A stretch of DNA of 64,000 nt from the human T2T-CHM13v2.0 reference genome, Homo sapiens: assembly GCF_009914755.1 (NCBI RefSeq), contig NC_060932.1. One strand, given 5' to 3'. The notes beneath the pieces are model-generated. The model was not told where the DNA came from. It saw only the letters and a list, made by a program, of their open reading frames with translations, and ran no database searches. Below, piece after piece: positions 13,753-27,536 of the stretch; position 1 is the stretch's first letter; each line of letters opens with the position of its first letter. A program made the position numbers and the translations under genes.

Positions 13753-14601
13753 TGTGCCCGGAATTGGTTCCTTCTTGGTCTTGCTGACTTCAAGAATGAA
13801 GCCGCAGACCCTCGTGGTGAGTGTTACAGTTCTTAAAGATGGTGTGTCCAGAGTTTGTTCCTTCAGATGTTCAGATGTGTCTGGAGTTTCTTCCTTGTGG
13901 TGGGTTCATGGTCTCACTGACTTCAGGAGTGAAGCCACAGACCTTTGCAGTGAGTGTTACAGCTCTTAAAGGTGGTGTCTCTGGAATTGTTTGTTCCTCC
14001 CAGTGGGTTTGTGGTCTCACTGACTTCAGGAATGAAGCTGCAGACCCTCGCAATGAGTGTTACAGCTCATAAAGGTAGTGTGGACCCAGATAGTGAGTAG
14101 CAGCAATACCGTGATGAGTGAAAGAAGAAAGTTTCCACAGCATGGAAAGAGACAGGAGCAAGTTGCCGCTGCTTGCTCGCGTGGCCAGCTTTTATTCCCT
14201 TATTTGGCCCCACCCACGTCCTGCTGATTGGGCCATTTTACAGAGTGCTGATTGGTCCATTTTTTACAGAGTGCTGATTGGTGCATTTACAAACCTTAAG
14301 CTAGACACAGAGTGCTGACTGGTGCATTTTTACAGAGTGCTGATTGGTGCATTTACAAACCTTTAGCTAGACACAGAGTGCTGATTGGTGCATTTTTACA
14401 GAGTGCTGATTGGTGCTTTTATAAACCTTTAGCTAGACAGAGAGCGCTGATTGGTCCGTTTTTACAGAGTGCTGATTGGTGTGTTTACAAACCTTTAGCT
14501 AGACACAGAGCACTGATTGGTGTGTTTACAATCCTTTAGCTAGACAGAAAAGTTCTCCAAGTCCCCACCCGACCCAGAAGCCCAGTTGGCTTCACCTCTC
14601 A
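13753..14601 (-). mobile_element. LTR12 (HERV9) solo LTR
   Basis: Minus strand begins tgagaggtgaagccaactgggcttctgggtcgggtgggg and ends ccaattccgggcaca; U3 CCAAT repeats and U5 repeats; 4-bp TSD aaac/aaat. Confidence 0.96.
14180..14525 (-). promoter_or_regulatory. LTR12 U3 promoter/enhancer: CCAAT array plus AATAAAA TATA-like element
   Basis: Nine intact ctgattgg (CCAATCAG on minus) and one ctgactgg variant; ggccagcttttattccc near 14183-14199. Activity not shown. Confidence 0.7.
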
Positions 14602-15152
14602 AAATCAATTCTGCTGACACCTTAGTCTTGGACTTCTAGCCTCCAGAAATGTAGGAAAATACATTTCTGTGGTTTGAGCCACCCAGTTGGTGGTATTTTG
14701 TTATGGCAGCCCTAGAAAACTTAATACAGGTATCTTAAGGTCCAGGGACTTATAGGTGGCAGATCAGGATTTAAACTAAAGCAGTCTAACTTCCAAGTTC
14801 GAGTTACTTTTGAAGCAGATATGTCCATCAGGAGGCTAGATAAGATATCTGGTCACAAAAAAATATTCAAATCTTCATGATCGTTATGTAAGTCTTCTGA
14901 GAAAATGTTTGCTAATGCCATGCAAGTGGGTAAGCTCTCTTAAATGTGCATGTAGAAAAGAAAAGCGAGAGCCCAATAGGAGACTCTGGAGGAACATTTT
15001 CTTTTAAGGAGAGGAGGAAAATCCATGAGTGAAATACAGAAAAAATAATAAAGAGTGAGATACAAAACTGAAAAGGAAAAACTAACATTACAAAAGCCAA
15101 AGGAGTCACTGATATTTAAGAAGTACTTTCTCCACAGAAGACGGACAAATTC

Positions 15153-15646
15153 TGTTTCTTTCTGACAAACTTATGACTGGAATTGTCTCAAAAGCAGCAT
15201 TAGGGGAGTTCCCATAAGGGAGTGCCCCAAACCCTCTGGAAATGGGGCCAGTTGGGATTCCAAAGAAAGAAGCACTAAACAGCAGGGTGATCTAGGGTGA
15301 TCTGTCCAAAGCATGTATTAGGAGAACTTACTTGTATGGTGCTGCAGCATATCCTCATGAAAGACAGAGAAAGAAAGCAATAATCCAGTAGGTATGTCTA
15401 CAGTGGGAGAATCAGAGTATGGAGTTTGTATGACGGTTTAATGGCTAAGGGCCAGGGGTTGATTGTTTCAGTGCTTTGGGCAGCAACCTAGATATTTGTA
15501 TCAGTTCCTAGGAATGTTCAAAGACTAGTTTTGCATTCAAGCCTGCTGGGAAAAATCTGCAGCTGGCCGGGTCACAGGGCAGTCAGGGCACTCTGTGTGT
15601 TCACTTAGGATTCAGAAGGAAAGTGGGAAAACTGGGGGACCTTACA
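15153..15646 (-). mobile_element. LTR47A-like ERVL solo LTR
   Basis: Minus strand tgtaaggtcccccagttttccc...gtgacccggccagctgcag...tttagtgcttctttctttggaatcccaactggcccc...gaaaca. Confidence 0.85.
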
Positions 15647-15765
15647 AATGGCCAAGAGGTATTTGAAAAGTTGCTCAACATTACTAAGCAGTAGGAAAAT
15701 GCAAATCAAAACCACAATGAGACAACACCTTATGTCTTTCAAGATGACTATTTTTTAAAAAAAGT
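15647..15765 (+). mobile_element. L1MA/MB ORF2 3' fragment (starts about 15120, split by LTR47)
   Basis: ttctccacagaagacggacaaat, then aatggccaagaggtat...gaaaatgcaaatcaaaaccacaatgaga. Confidence 0.75.
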
Positions 15766-15769
15766 ATTG

Positions 15770-18700
15770 ACCAGAAGACCCAAGATGGCCAACTAAAAGC
15801 ACCTAGAGGAGCTTATCCCACTGAGAGACCAGGCCATCAAGAAGACTGGCATACCCTGGCAGACCTTCAGAAGGGATACACTGAGAGGGGACAGCGAGAG
15901 GATGTACACCCTGGGCTGAAGGGCTGAGGGAGAGGAAGCTGGGGACCCTGCATGGCATGGCCAACCACCAAGACTCATTCCTGACCTTGAGCAATTACTA
16001 GGGAATGGATCAGTTAAATAGATGTGGAGTGGCCTACTCTTGCCAGGGACCTCCAGAATCCTGGCTGCAGGATACTCAATTGCACACCTGGACATTTGAG
16101 CTGGTAGGGAGAGCTGCTTGGAGAGTTGGCAGGAACAGGACTCTAGCCTGTCCAGAGCCCAGAGGTTTTGCCATGGGAATGGCTACAGTGGAGCATGGCC
16201 AAGTATGCCTATACCCCCATCTCACCATGATCCTCTAGGTGGCTTTGGTCTTTGTTGACTGTTGAACCTTGACAGCACAGGGCTGCCTTGCCTGTGGGAT
16301 GGAGTCATTCTGACCTTAATGCCCCACTCTCTACCAGCCTTTGCCAGGGCCCCTACCTGGCCATATCTGCTTGCAGTACAGCCTCGGATGCTCAACTGAG
16401 GCATTTCACAGCAGCCACTGCCACAACTACTTCACTGGCAGACCCCTACCTAACCATCAGAGAGCTTCTGCTGATGGTCCCCCACCAGCACAAAACCACC
16501 TGCATCCTCCCCCTAATACTTTGATGGTGCTCATTCAACTGCAGCCTACTACCAATACTTTGCTGATGTGCAATCATTCAGCTTCCTCTGACTGCTTTAC
16601 CTCTGCATGTGAACAGATGGATCTAACACTGACTGCCCCATCCCTGCTGGAATACGTAAACCCCACTGTGACACTGCCTGCGACTGCAGGTGCATGCGCA
16701 TGTGTGGACCCCACAGTGCTGCCTCCCTGCTGCCTCTGCCACATGTGCTGAATACCACCACACTACCACCCTGCTGCCACCAGCACATGTGCGTGAGCAC
16801 AGACCCCAATGCCACCACCCCAACGAAGTGCTTTTGCCAGAACCACAAATCTAAGTGTTCCTGCTAGCCGACCAGGAACACCTCAATTCTTCCAGCTCAG
16901 GAGGTGCTCAACATTGAGGGGCCATAGAACAAATGCCATAGGCCTGGTCCCTGACCCCCAGGGTTAGAGCACACAGTCCGGGAGTGGTGAGATGAGCCTT
17001 GGCCTCCTGAAATGACACAAAAAGGAAGCCAGTCAACTGAACCCAAATTATACCATGATAAAGCCCTCAAAGACATCAAAGTTGAGAAATAACAAGCATA
17101 AGAACTCTGGCAACTAAAAAAGCAAGAGTGTATTAGGCCGTTTTCACACTGCTATGAAGAAATGCCTGAGACTTGGTAGTTTATAAAGGAAGAGGTTTTA
17201 ATTGACATACATTACCACATGGCTGGGGAGGCCTCAGGAAACTTACAATCATGGTGGAAGCAGGCACTTTCTTCACAAGGCAATGAGAGAGAGAGAGAGC
17301 TTGGGAAGGAGAAACTGTTCAACACTTGTAAGACCATCAGATCTCATGAGAACTCACATACTATCATGAGAAAAGCATGGAGAAACTGCCCCCATGATCC
17401 AATCACCTCCCACCGTGTCCCTCCTGTGAAATGTGGGGATTATAGGGATCACAATTCTAGATGACAGAGTGTCTTCTTACCTTCAAACAACTGCACTAGC
17501 TCACCAGCAATGGTTCTTAACTAGACTGAAATGGCTGGAACAACAGATATAGAATTCGGAATCTGGATGGCAACAAAGATTATTGAGATTTAGGAGAAAG
17601 TTGAACCGAATCCAAGGAATCTAATGAATCCAGTAAAGTGATAGAAGAGTTGAAAAGACAAAATAGCCAGTTTAAGAAGGAACAAAACTGAACTGCTAGA
17701 GCTGGAAAGCTCACTACAAAAATTTCACAATACAATCAAAAATATTAACACAAGAATAGACCAAGCTGAGAAAATAATCTCAAAGCTCAAAGACCAGTTA
17801 TTCAAATCAAATCAGACAAAAGTATAAAAGAAAAAAAAGAATAAAAATAATGATGAAAGCTCCAAGAAATATGGGATAATGTAAAAAGACCAAACCTAGG
17901 ACTCATTGGTATCCCTGAAGGAGAGGAAGACAGAGAGCAAATTGGAAAACATATTTGAGAATATTGTCCACAAACATTTTCCCAACCTTGCGAGAGAGGT
18001 CAACATTCAAATTCAAGAAATTCAGAGAACCCCTGTGAGATACTATGTAAGACAACCAGTCCCAAGACACACAGTTATCAGAGTCTTCAAAGTCAATCCC
18101 AAAGAAAAATATCAAAAAACTAGAGATAAGAGGCAGGCCATGTACAAAGAGAACCCCATAAATCTAACAGAAAACCTTTCTGAAGAATCTGTGCAAGCCA
18201 GAAGAGAATGAGGGCCTATATGCATCATCCTTAAATAAAAGAAATTTCAACCAAAAATGTCATAGCCACTCTAAACAAGCTGCGTAAATGAAGGAGAAAT
18301 AGAATATTTTCAGACAAACAAATGCTAAGGGTATTTGGTACCACCAGACCTGCCTTACAAAAGGTCCTTAGGGGCGAGCTAAACAGGAAAACAAAAGACT
18401 ATTCCTGGCCACCACAAAAATCTATCTACATACATACACCATTGACACTATAAGCAACTATACGATCAAGTCTACATAACAACCAGCTGACAACACAGCG
18501 ACAGTACAAAACCCACACATATCAATATTAACCTTAAATATAAATGGGCTAGACACCCCACTTAACAGTCATAGAGTGGCAAGACCCAACTATATGCTGT
18601 CTTCAAAAGACCCATCTCACATGCAATGACACCCATAAGTTCAAAGTAAAGAAATAAGGAAAAATCTGTCAAACAAACAGTAAGCAATAAAGAGCAGGGG

Positions 18701-18797
18701 CTGGTATTCTTATTTCAGACAAAAACAGACTTTAAATCAGCAATAATCAAAAGAGAAGAGCATTACATAATGATAAAGGGTTCAATTCAACAAGGAA
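15770..18797 (+). mobile_element. Old primate L1 (L1PA15-16/L1PB-type) 5' half: 5' UTR, decayed ORF1, start of ORF2 endonuclease
   Basis: caagatggccaacta start; ORF 17906..18211 has LENIFENIVHKHFPNLAREVNIQIQEIQRTP (ORF1p); cacatatcaatattaaccttaaatataaatgggct reads HISILTLNINGL (ORF2p EN). Confidence 0.92.
17129..17464 (-). mobile_element. MSTA/THE1D-type MaLR solo LTR lacking one terminus
   Basis: tgtattaggccgttttcacactgct...ggggaggcctcaggaaacttacaatcatgg...ccatgatccaatcacctccc; about 30 terminal nt missing. Confidence 0.9.
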
Positions 18798-19320
18798 ATA
18801 CTGCCATTTTTGATTTGTGACAACATGGACAAACCTGGAAATCATTATGCTAAGTGACATAAGACAGACAGAAAAAAACAAACATTATATGTTTCCATGT
18901 ATACATGAATCTTAAATAGTCCAACTCATAAAATCAGAGAGCAAAATGGTGGTTGCTAGAGGCTTGGGGAAAGGGAAATGTGGAGGTTTTGGTCAAAGGT
19001 TGTGAAGTTTTAATTACGCAAGGTAAATCAGTTCTGGAACTCTACTATACGGCATAGTGTCTATAGCTAGAAATACTGTATTGTATACATAAAATTTTCT
19101 AGGAAGATAGATCTTTAGCATGCTTGCAACAAAAGAAAAAAATTATGATAAGAATGGGAGGAAACTTCGGGAAGTTGGGAGGTGATAGATATGTTTATGG
19201 CCTTCATGGTGGTGATGGTTTATGGACATATACTAATCACCAAATGCATCAAATTGTGGACATTTTAAATATGTATAGCTTTTTACATAGCAATCATACC
19301 TCAATAAAGTGTTTTTTTAA
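18798..19320 (+). mobile_element. L1MA9/L1MB1-2-like 3' end
   Basis: gtgacaacatggacaaacctgga...atggtggttgctagaggcttgggg...caatcatacctcaataaag. Confidence 0.88.
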
Positions 19321-19329
19321 GCTGAAAGA

Positions 19330-19750
19330 TAAATATTTAGTTGTGGTGTTTCATTATGTAAATAGGTCAAATTATCAATTATGTGACAGATATGGTTTAA
19401 TATTTATTATGTATTAAGAAGCATTCCTATTGTTGATGTTGAAAGGAGCAGTTTCAGTGCTATGATGTTGAGAAGGACATGGGAGTGGTAAGTGGGAGAA
19501 CACAAGTGCAGTCTTCTAACTTTGATGTGAGGACGGGAGAAGAAATAACAGAAAAAGTAAAAAGCGGGGAAAGGCCTCAATCAAGAGGAGTGAGAGTATG
19601 TTTAATTCATACATTTAAGTTTGTCATGTAAATTTTCAGCAGAAAAATATAAGACAAACTTGGAGCTGCTGCTAAGGGCAGGAGATTTACTTGTAGGACC
19701 TACCAACAGATATGTAATAATTAAAATTAGGAGTGAATGAGAAATCCAAG
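19330..19750 (-). mobile_element. L2 fragments
   Basis: agcagtttcagtgctatgatg and aattaggagtgaatgagaaatccaaggga resemble antisense L2. Confidence 0.4.
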
Positions 19751-20130
19751 GGAAAGGAACAGAGAGAGAAAGAGGAGAAAGTGACACAGAAAAAAGAGAG
19801 AGAGAGACAGACAGAGGTGTGCAGAAAGCCAACGGACAGGCTTTATAGTAGAAATGTAGAGATTTCAAAGGTTGTCAGGAAAGTATTAATAACAGTCATA
19901 GAACTGCAATTGTCCTCATTTACAGAAAGTTAAGAGAAGGATCTGTGAATATATATTAGATGACAGGATGAGAGGATTTTTTATATTAATACTACAAATT
20001 CTGTTGGTAATCATAATAGAAAAGTATTGTAATGACAGATTCACCTCTATTCCCTAAAAATGCTTATTCTTCTATTTGCCTTCTTTCCCATTTATATTGT
20101 TGATTCATACAGGGCTCACCAGATTCATTA

Positions 20131-20553
<423 letters not shown>

Positions 20554-21909
20554 CTATGAATTGTACAACTGCAAGAAAGAAAGTTATGGTACAAAATTGA
20601 CATTTTTAAAGGTTAACTATATACAGAGTTCTATGTGTAATCTTTAATTATTCCAAATATTTGTGGGGAAACAAAGCTGAGCCATAAAGAGATTATTATG
20701 CATATTAAAACACATTATTTTAAATTTAAAACTGACATGTACTCAACTAATTAGAATGGGAATCAAAAGCCTGCCTATCTTGAAGTAGGGGTAGGGTAGA
20801 TATCACACCATTACTAACATGGTAGTTAGGTAGGGGAAAGCTCCCGGAAAACAATGTGTGTAATGGATGAATGGATCTTTAGGCCCCTCACTTATGCTTA
20901 CAGTTATGGCTCTTTATCAGTTAGCACCAAAATAATTTATACACATACGTGAATGTGGATCAGAACTACTTTGCCATATATGATACGCCCCACTAAGATT
21001 TGATTTCTCTTCAATCTTATAACTACTGCATATGCAATATGGTCATCTGGTAACATAAAATGTTTTTCATTCACAAACAAAAAATGTTAACAGAACATCA
21101 CTGTCAACATATTTCAATTGCAAGGCAAATGTCCGTTAACAAGGACATAGATGACAAAAATATTGAAACACTTTAGAATCACAACTGAAATAGATAATGT
21201 TACATTTTAGAGTTGTTATCATACGGATATTTTGGATCTTATTAAAGTATTGTGAATTATAATTAATTTTCTCATCCTTCACCACTTAACCAAATTTTAG
21301 AAAAATTGTGCTGAAAGTTAAAAGCAGTTATGTTCATGCATTTTAGTATAAAGGGAATCCCTATGACTACATTTGGTATTTCAACTGTTTGTTCAACCAC
21401 CAAAATCCATTCCATATGCCAAAAATAACATCTTCAAAATTTCACAGCATAAAGTCATTTTCAAATTCTCCACAATGGAGTGTAACAATCTGCTGAATTT
21501 TGCCAAGTTATATAAAGGAAAAATGGACTTGATTTTTTTGGCTTAAAACCATGTTGTTAAAATATTTTAATATGTTAGACATAATATTAGAAAATATATT
21601 CAAAACCATGATTTAAGAATGTTACTTTGTGGTTATTTGTGGGATAAATATTATTCTTGATTAGACCATAATATGTATTATGTATTCTATCTTTTAAGCT
21701 CTTTTACTAGCACATAATTCAATACTCTTCAATGTTTCTGATGATGAACACTAGTAATGGTTATTATCACTACTGTATCTAATTTTCAGCTCAATGCTTC
21801 CAGAGATTTTATGTATTAGGGGAAAATGTAGAGCATAGCTATGAAACAAAGTTGCCTCAACACATAAGTGAATTTCAACTTACTGTAATATAACACTGTT
21901 TCATTTTTA

Positions 21910-22102
21910 AAGTGTCTATAATATACCTTATCATTATAATACATTTATTAGACAGATAAGGCAGGTATCTATATTCTCATTTTAGAGATGAAGAAATGTA
22001 AAACAAAAAGATTAAATGAACTCTTTAAGGTCACAAAACAAAAGTAACAGGATAAGTATTAAATCAGGTCTTTTGACAAATACTGGCCTCTTTTCACCAT
22101 GC
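21910..22102 (-). mobile_element. MIR
   Basis: ctcattttagagatgaagaaa...gattaaatgaactctttaaggtcaca. Confidence 0.7.
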
Positions 22103-23710
22103 TTCTCCAGAAACAAAGATACTTCATTTTATGCCGAAGTTGTTATTTCAGGAATGTCCTTAGTGCTTTCTTGAAATTAGTTGAGTCAACAAAATGCATC
22201 AATCATGGTAATTTTTAAAACGAGAAATAATTATTTTTATTGCAACGCAAACTGAGGCTTGCCAGATTTCTATTGTATGTTAATTTCTGTGAGACTAACT
22301 TTAATGCCTACCTGCAGACACAGGGTACACATTAGTACAACATCATCGTGTACCATTTTTCTTGTGTATAGAACAATTTAAAAAAATATGACTCAGCAGG
22401 TTAAGCAATGAGCTAGAAACTTCAGGCTCTGTGAATTCTAATCTCTAGTACCTTGGTGGTAGCTAAAATATAAAAATGTGAATGGTTAAATCCCATCTGT
22501 AGTTAAATTTAGCCCATTTAGCTTAGGGAAAAAAGGGCTACATTTTGGGTAATAATTGTATTTGAATGTTCTTCCTCCCGCTTGTATTCTCTAGACAACA
22601 ACTAACCTACTGATGACCTAAGAATCCCCTGTTGAGAAACAATTACAGTTAAAATTCCCTAACAGGAATGAGATATGAATAAGGGTTATGTGTGACAAAA
22701 CTGTATCCATCTCCCGCAGATGGCCCATAGTAACAGTGCCCTAGCGATCTGATTGATTCCTATAATAAATAATTTTGGAAAACAAATGCTTTCTTATCAT
22801 GCAGCATGTTCTAAAACCATTCCTGTAAGTAAACTTGAGATAATGTGTTTTTTGAGTTCTTACTTCCTTCTCACAGCTGCTACCATGAAAGCAGTTATCC
22901 TTTCCACTCTGCCCCCAACAACAACAATAAAAGCTCTCTTCTATGTCTCTAATTGAAATAACTTACAAAAATATAAGGGAATTTGAATGAGAAAATAATA
23001 GAATGATCCCTAGGAAAGGAAAAGTAAGGCAATATTTCAAATCCTCACATTTAGGGAGAGAATTGGTGGGAGGGGAGACTACAGAGCTAAAATTGAGTAG
23101 CTAGTTCTCAATGAGAGCTCAAGAAAGTAACAGAGAGGAATGGAAATAAGGCTGAAATGAATAAATGAATAAGCAGTAAGTTGAAAGACCCATAAGAACA
23201 GCTATTCATCCCCCCTTTACATCCAAACAAATAAAACTGGCTTTAATGATTCAATAATCCACAGTGAGGACGATGGACATTATTTTGTTATATTTATCTC
23301 CCTTTGAAATTTACCAAATTTAATAAGATTGTACCAATTTTTACTTTCAATCAAAGGAAATCAGATATAAATACATATATATATTTTTTTCTATTTTACT
23401 GATTTCATCTATACATCATACATTTACACCAAGTCTAACACTCTTTCTAGAACAGAAGCAATCTGTGGATGTTCATTAGGGTTGTCAAAGTACCCCTATT
23501 CAGGAGAAAAAAAAAAGTTATTTCTCCCTCCTGACTCTTTTCCCTTTTTTCTTCCTTTCTTCCTTTTTTTCTTTTGTTTCATTCCAGAACGTGTACTGTT
23601 TGCCAATATGTCAGTGTATATGTCTCTATATAATGCTGATTGTAACTTAATTTTCCTCTGTAGCTAACAGTTTTATCCAAGGAAATTTAAGAACAAACCA
23701 AGCACAATAA

Positions 23711-24056
23711 TGTCTTAGTTCATTCAGGCTGCTATAACAAAAATACCATTGACTAGATGGCTTATACAACAAACATTTATTTCTTGCACTTCTGAAAGCT
23801 AGGAAGTCCATGATCAAGGTGTAAACAGATTCAGTGTCTGGGAAGAACCTGCTTCCTGGGTCATAGATGATCTTTTTTCTATGTCTTTACATGGCTGAAG
23901 ACAAAAGAAAGCTCTCTGGGGTCTCTTTTGTAACAGCATTAATCCCACTTAGAAGGATCTATCCCCATGAAATACTCACCTCCTAATACCATCTCATTGG
24001 GGGTTAGAATTTCAACATATGATTTTTGCAGGGACACAAACATTCAGTTTATAGCA
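23711..24056 (-). mobile_element. MLT1A/A0 MaLR solo LTR
   Basis: tgtcttagttcattcaggctgctataacaaaaatacca...ggacacaaacattcagtttatagca; TSD aataa/aatga. Confidence 0.92.
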
Positions 24057-24749
24057 AATGATTAGGTGGTGTCTCTCTACCCATGTTGATGTATTCTTAG
24101 AAGAAAGATGGAAATAATCTCTGCTAGTTTACTTAGTGTGAAAACAAACAAACAAAAAATCTCCCACCCTGTGCATAATAAAAGAAGTACTGGTACTTTT
24201 CTGGGTTCATAGAAGAGCCAAATTATGAGACAGAAGCAGCCATGGTAATGCTATGTTTTCCAATGGCTTGCCAAAATATTTTACATACCGAAGTTTGTAT
24301 TGTTGTGACATGAGAAGTGATAGAGTCAAATCTAGATTATCAGCACCACCTCTGGACCTTTCTATATGATGGAGGCCTTGACCTTTCCATCTTCAACACG
24401 GTCATTTTAATCCTCCTCTGTGTACTCTGAACCTCCTAAAACAACAGATGGCTCTAAGTTAGTATAGTAAATTAATATTCCTTATGTACTATTTCACACC
24501 AAATTTTACTTAGTATTTTATCGATGTTCAACATTTGTTATTATCTTAGAACTTTTACAGAGAAATTATTTCATGTGTAGCCTCTGACTTATACAAATAA
24601 TGTTCTGATTTTATCTTCACCTTTAAAAATTCATACATGCCAAAATACTTTTACATACCTCTTGAACTACAAGTTTAAGAATCATAAGTTTGGGGACACT
24701 AAATTTGAGGGGAAAATAGATTCTGAGGATCGCTGATCAGCCCTGAGAC

Positions 24750-25380
24750 AGTTCTCTAACGCATTTCTCTGGACGCTAAGAATTACTAGTTTTCTGAACA
24801 TAGTCCCTACTCATATAATGTCTACTGAGGGAGACATATATATAGTTTAAATATACTCAAGAATATTATTTAAAATTATTTAAATGTCACAAAAAGAAAA
24901 ATGATCCTGTCTAAATAATAATAATATTACTAACTTTATGTTAAAATTTCTGAGGAAATGGTAATTAAGTTAGTATCTTAAAGACCTTAATTACCTTAAA
25001 CATACTTAATTCAATAAGAATTAGCTAGTGGTAATTATTGGCTAAAAGAAGGGCACAAGGGTTGAGGTGAATTTATTCATATGGGAAGAAAAGGCTTATA
25101 CAAATTTTCTGATAGGCAAAAGAGGTACTAGTACATTACAGAAACTGAAATTAGATTTTTTCAGTTGAACAAGTAGGGGAGTCATGTGAACAGAATTTAA
25201 ATTTAGAAGCATGAGGCAAATTACACAGTTCTTTAGAGACATGTTAATGAACCACATTTTAAAACTTCCAAATAATAGGAGAAGTCTTTGGTACTAATTA
25301 TGAATTAATGGTATAAAATACTTAATTTTAAAATAACATTTTGCTTGTCATGTGGATATTGAATGAAAGGGTGTTACATT
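24750..25380 (-). mobile_element. L2 fragments
   Basis: Degenerate L2 motifs such as gaggaaatggtaattaagtt and ttttaaaataacattttgcttgtcatgtgga. Confidence 0.45.
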
Positions 25381-25561
25381 TTTTTCTCTCTCCAGTCAAT
25401 GTAAAAAAATAAAATTCCCTTTGTGAGTGCGCTACAAGAAAAAGCAACAATGGCAAACATGTTTCTTAAACCAGAGGGAATGTATTACATTTCTCAAAAA
25501 TAAAAGCCAAAATACACAATGCTGTATCAGAAATACCATACACACTAGCCAAAGATAAGAA

Positions 25562-25779
25562 CAATAGTTCTCAACTGGGGGCAGTTTTGCCACCCAAGGG
25601 AAGTTCGGCAATGTCTGGAGATGTTTTTGACTCTGATAACTTGGGAGATGGATGTTGCTACCAGCCACTGAGTAGAAGCCAAAAATGTTGCTAAACATCT
25701 TACAAGGTACACTATAGCTCTCCACAACAAAGAATTTTCCACTCAGAAGTGTCAATACTACTGAAGTCAAGAAACTGTG
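25562..25779 (+). mobile_element. MER20 (hAT-Charlie non-autonomous DNA transposon)
   Basis: gttctcaactgggggcagttttgcc...ggcaatgtctggaga...tgctaaacatcttacaa...cacaacaaagaatt...agaaactgtg. Confidence 0.92.
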
Positions 25780-26205
25780 CTGTTTATTATCAAGACCATC
25801 ACTGTACTATTAGTATCTTCCCATGAACTCTCTCTTCTGTAACCATTTCCTGGTCATCAAATGACCAGACCAGGATTATTCCAAGGTTGAGGACAGCTTG
25901 GATCCTTCCACGATGAGGTAGACATGAATCTATAATGCAAAGCAATTTTCTGCTTGAATCAGTCATATTGTTTCTGCCAAAATTAAGCTCTGATAATCAA
26001 AATGACTAATGGTGAGTTTCAGTGTATAATATAATCAATTCTCATTTTTGAGTAAGAGACTAAAGTAAGCTGGAGTTCAGGCAGCAAGGAAATTCTTGGG
26101 TTAGCTGCACCATGTTAGATGATGTTTGGCTGGCCTTGTGGTGAAGAGAGTGAGACATTGAAGAGATCAAATCAGATTTACCATTCAATGAAAAGTGTTT
26201 AGGGG

Positions 26206-26222
26206 GGTGTGTTTGTGTGTGT

Positions 26223-26252
<30 letters not shown>
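26206..26252. repeat. (GT)n microsatellite
   Basis: Seen directly; imperfect. Confidence 0.95.
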
Positions 26253-26253
<1 letters not shown>

Positions 26254-27536
26254 AAATATTTGCAATAAAACACACCTTGTGAACCACTAACTACTATATG
26301 GCCTTTAATCTAAAATACATTGTTTTAACCTTGGGCTTAATAAGTACTTTATTTTCACTTTAAAAATAATAATTTAAAAGCCTATATATTCTATTGTGTC
26401 TCCAGGTCACAATAAATTGAAATGTAAATTCTAGTGTAAAATCCACTGCAGTAGTAAGAAAACAATCGCTATGGCAATGTAATCATGAGGTTCTGTATAG
26501 TGTATTGAAATGACATTTCAACTCTACAAGGTGACAACAACTTGTCACAGAGACCATGCTTGAAGTTCTCCCTTAGACCCAGTTCCAAATAGTTTAAGAC
26601 TTGAACTGAACAAAGAGTAATGAGAAAATACATTTAAACCAGAGAATTCAGAGCCAAACACTTAGTCTATTTATACAGGAAGCATGTTAAAAGAACCAGG
26701 CTCACCAGGATAACAAATTCAGACTGTTTGAAGGCTGAAAGTTTTGAGTATGCATTAGAAATATTTTTTGAGGAAATAAAAAGAGAATTTTTACATCTTT
26801 GTACTCAGAGAAAATAATCAACTTTCCATTCAGTTTTTTTTGTACCATGAAAACAAACTTAACAAATACACAAATGGTTAGTTTTTGTATGCTACAGGTC
26901 AACATTCAATTGAAATTACTGATGGAGCCTGAAAATATAATAACTAAACTGATTTGAAAAACAATTCAGTAGAGATTTTCTTCTGCAAATAATTTTAGGA
27001 CTAAAATAGTATTCATGATTAAGTCTGTCCTACCACTTTAACCTGCTGGATAAAACAGACCTATATATTTAAATCAGTTACTGTACGTTTTTAAAGACTC
27101 ATTACAAAAGATTAAATGCTAAAAATAAAAATGCACTTATATATGTTTATTAAAAAATATTAATACTATTCCTAAATGACCAATATACATCATTTATAAA
27201 AGATTTTGTAAATATATAATGTAACAGCAAAACAAAAACTTAAAATAAAAACGTCATTAACTTGAAGCAATTATTTGCATAGGTATTTGTTGATATTTTT
27301 GAGTTTTTCCTTCTCCCACAACATATTTGGAAAATATTGCTCTCAACACTTTTCTAGCATCTATTTTTTAAATGCTTAATTGTTTTTATGTGATAATACC
27401 CTCACTTCTTTCAGGTCTACTTTAATATATTGATTGTTTCTATGAGAAGTGGAGGCCTGATATTTATTTTGGTTTCCAAAGACATTGTGATTATAATAAA
27501 TGATTACTAAATGTTGACTAACTACATAACCTACAA

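Larger units (their letters stand above)
13484..14728 (+). mobile_element. MLT1B/MLT1A MaLR solo LTR, interrupted by LTR12
   Basis: tgttatagg...cagaatgtgactgtatttg...gaggcctcagaataaaac, then ...ttggacttctagcctccagaa...atggcagccctagaaaacttaataca. Confidence 0.9.
13355..14810 (-). mobile_element. MIR split by MLT1 (halves about 13355-13483 and 14729-14810)
   Basis: Left aataatagtagctaacatttatt...ttacagattaaggaaccaagg; right aaggtc...caggatttaaactaaagcagtctaacttcca. Confidence 0.7.

Noticed and set aside
17906-18211. 101-aa ORF as a functional CDS
   Set aside because: Internal fragment of decayed L1 ORF1 with stops and frameshifts on both sides.
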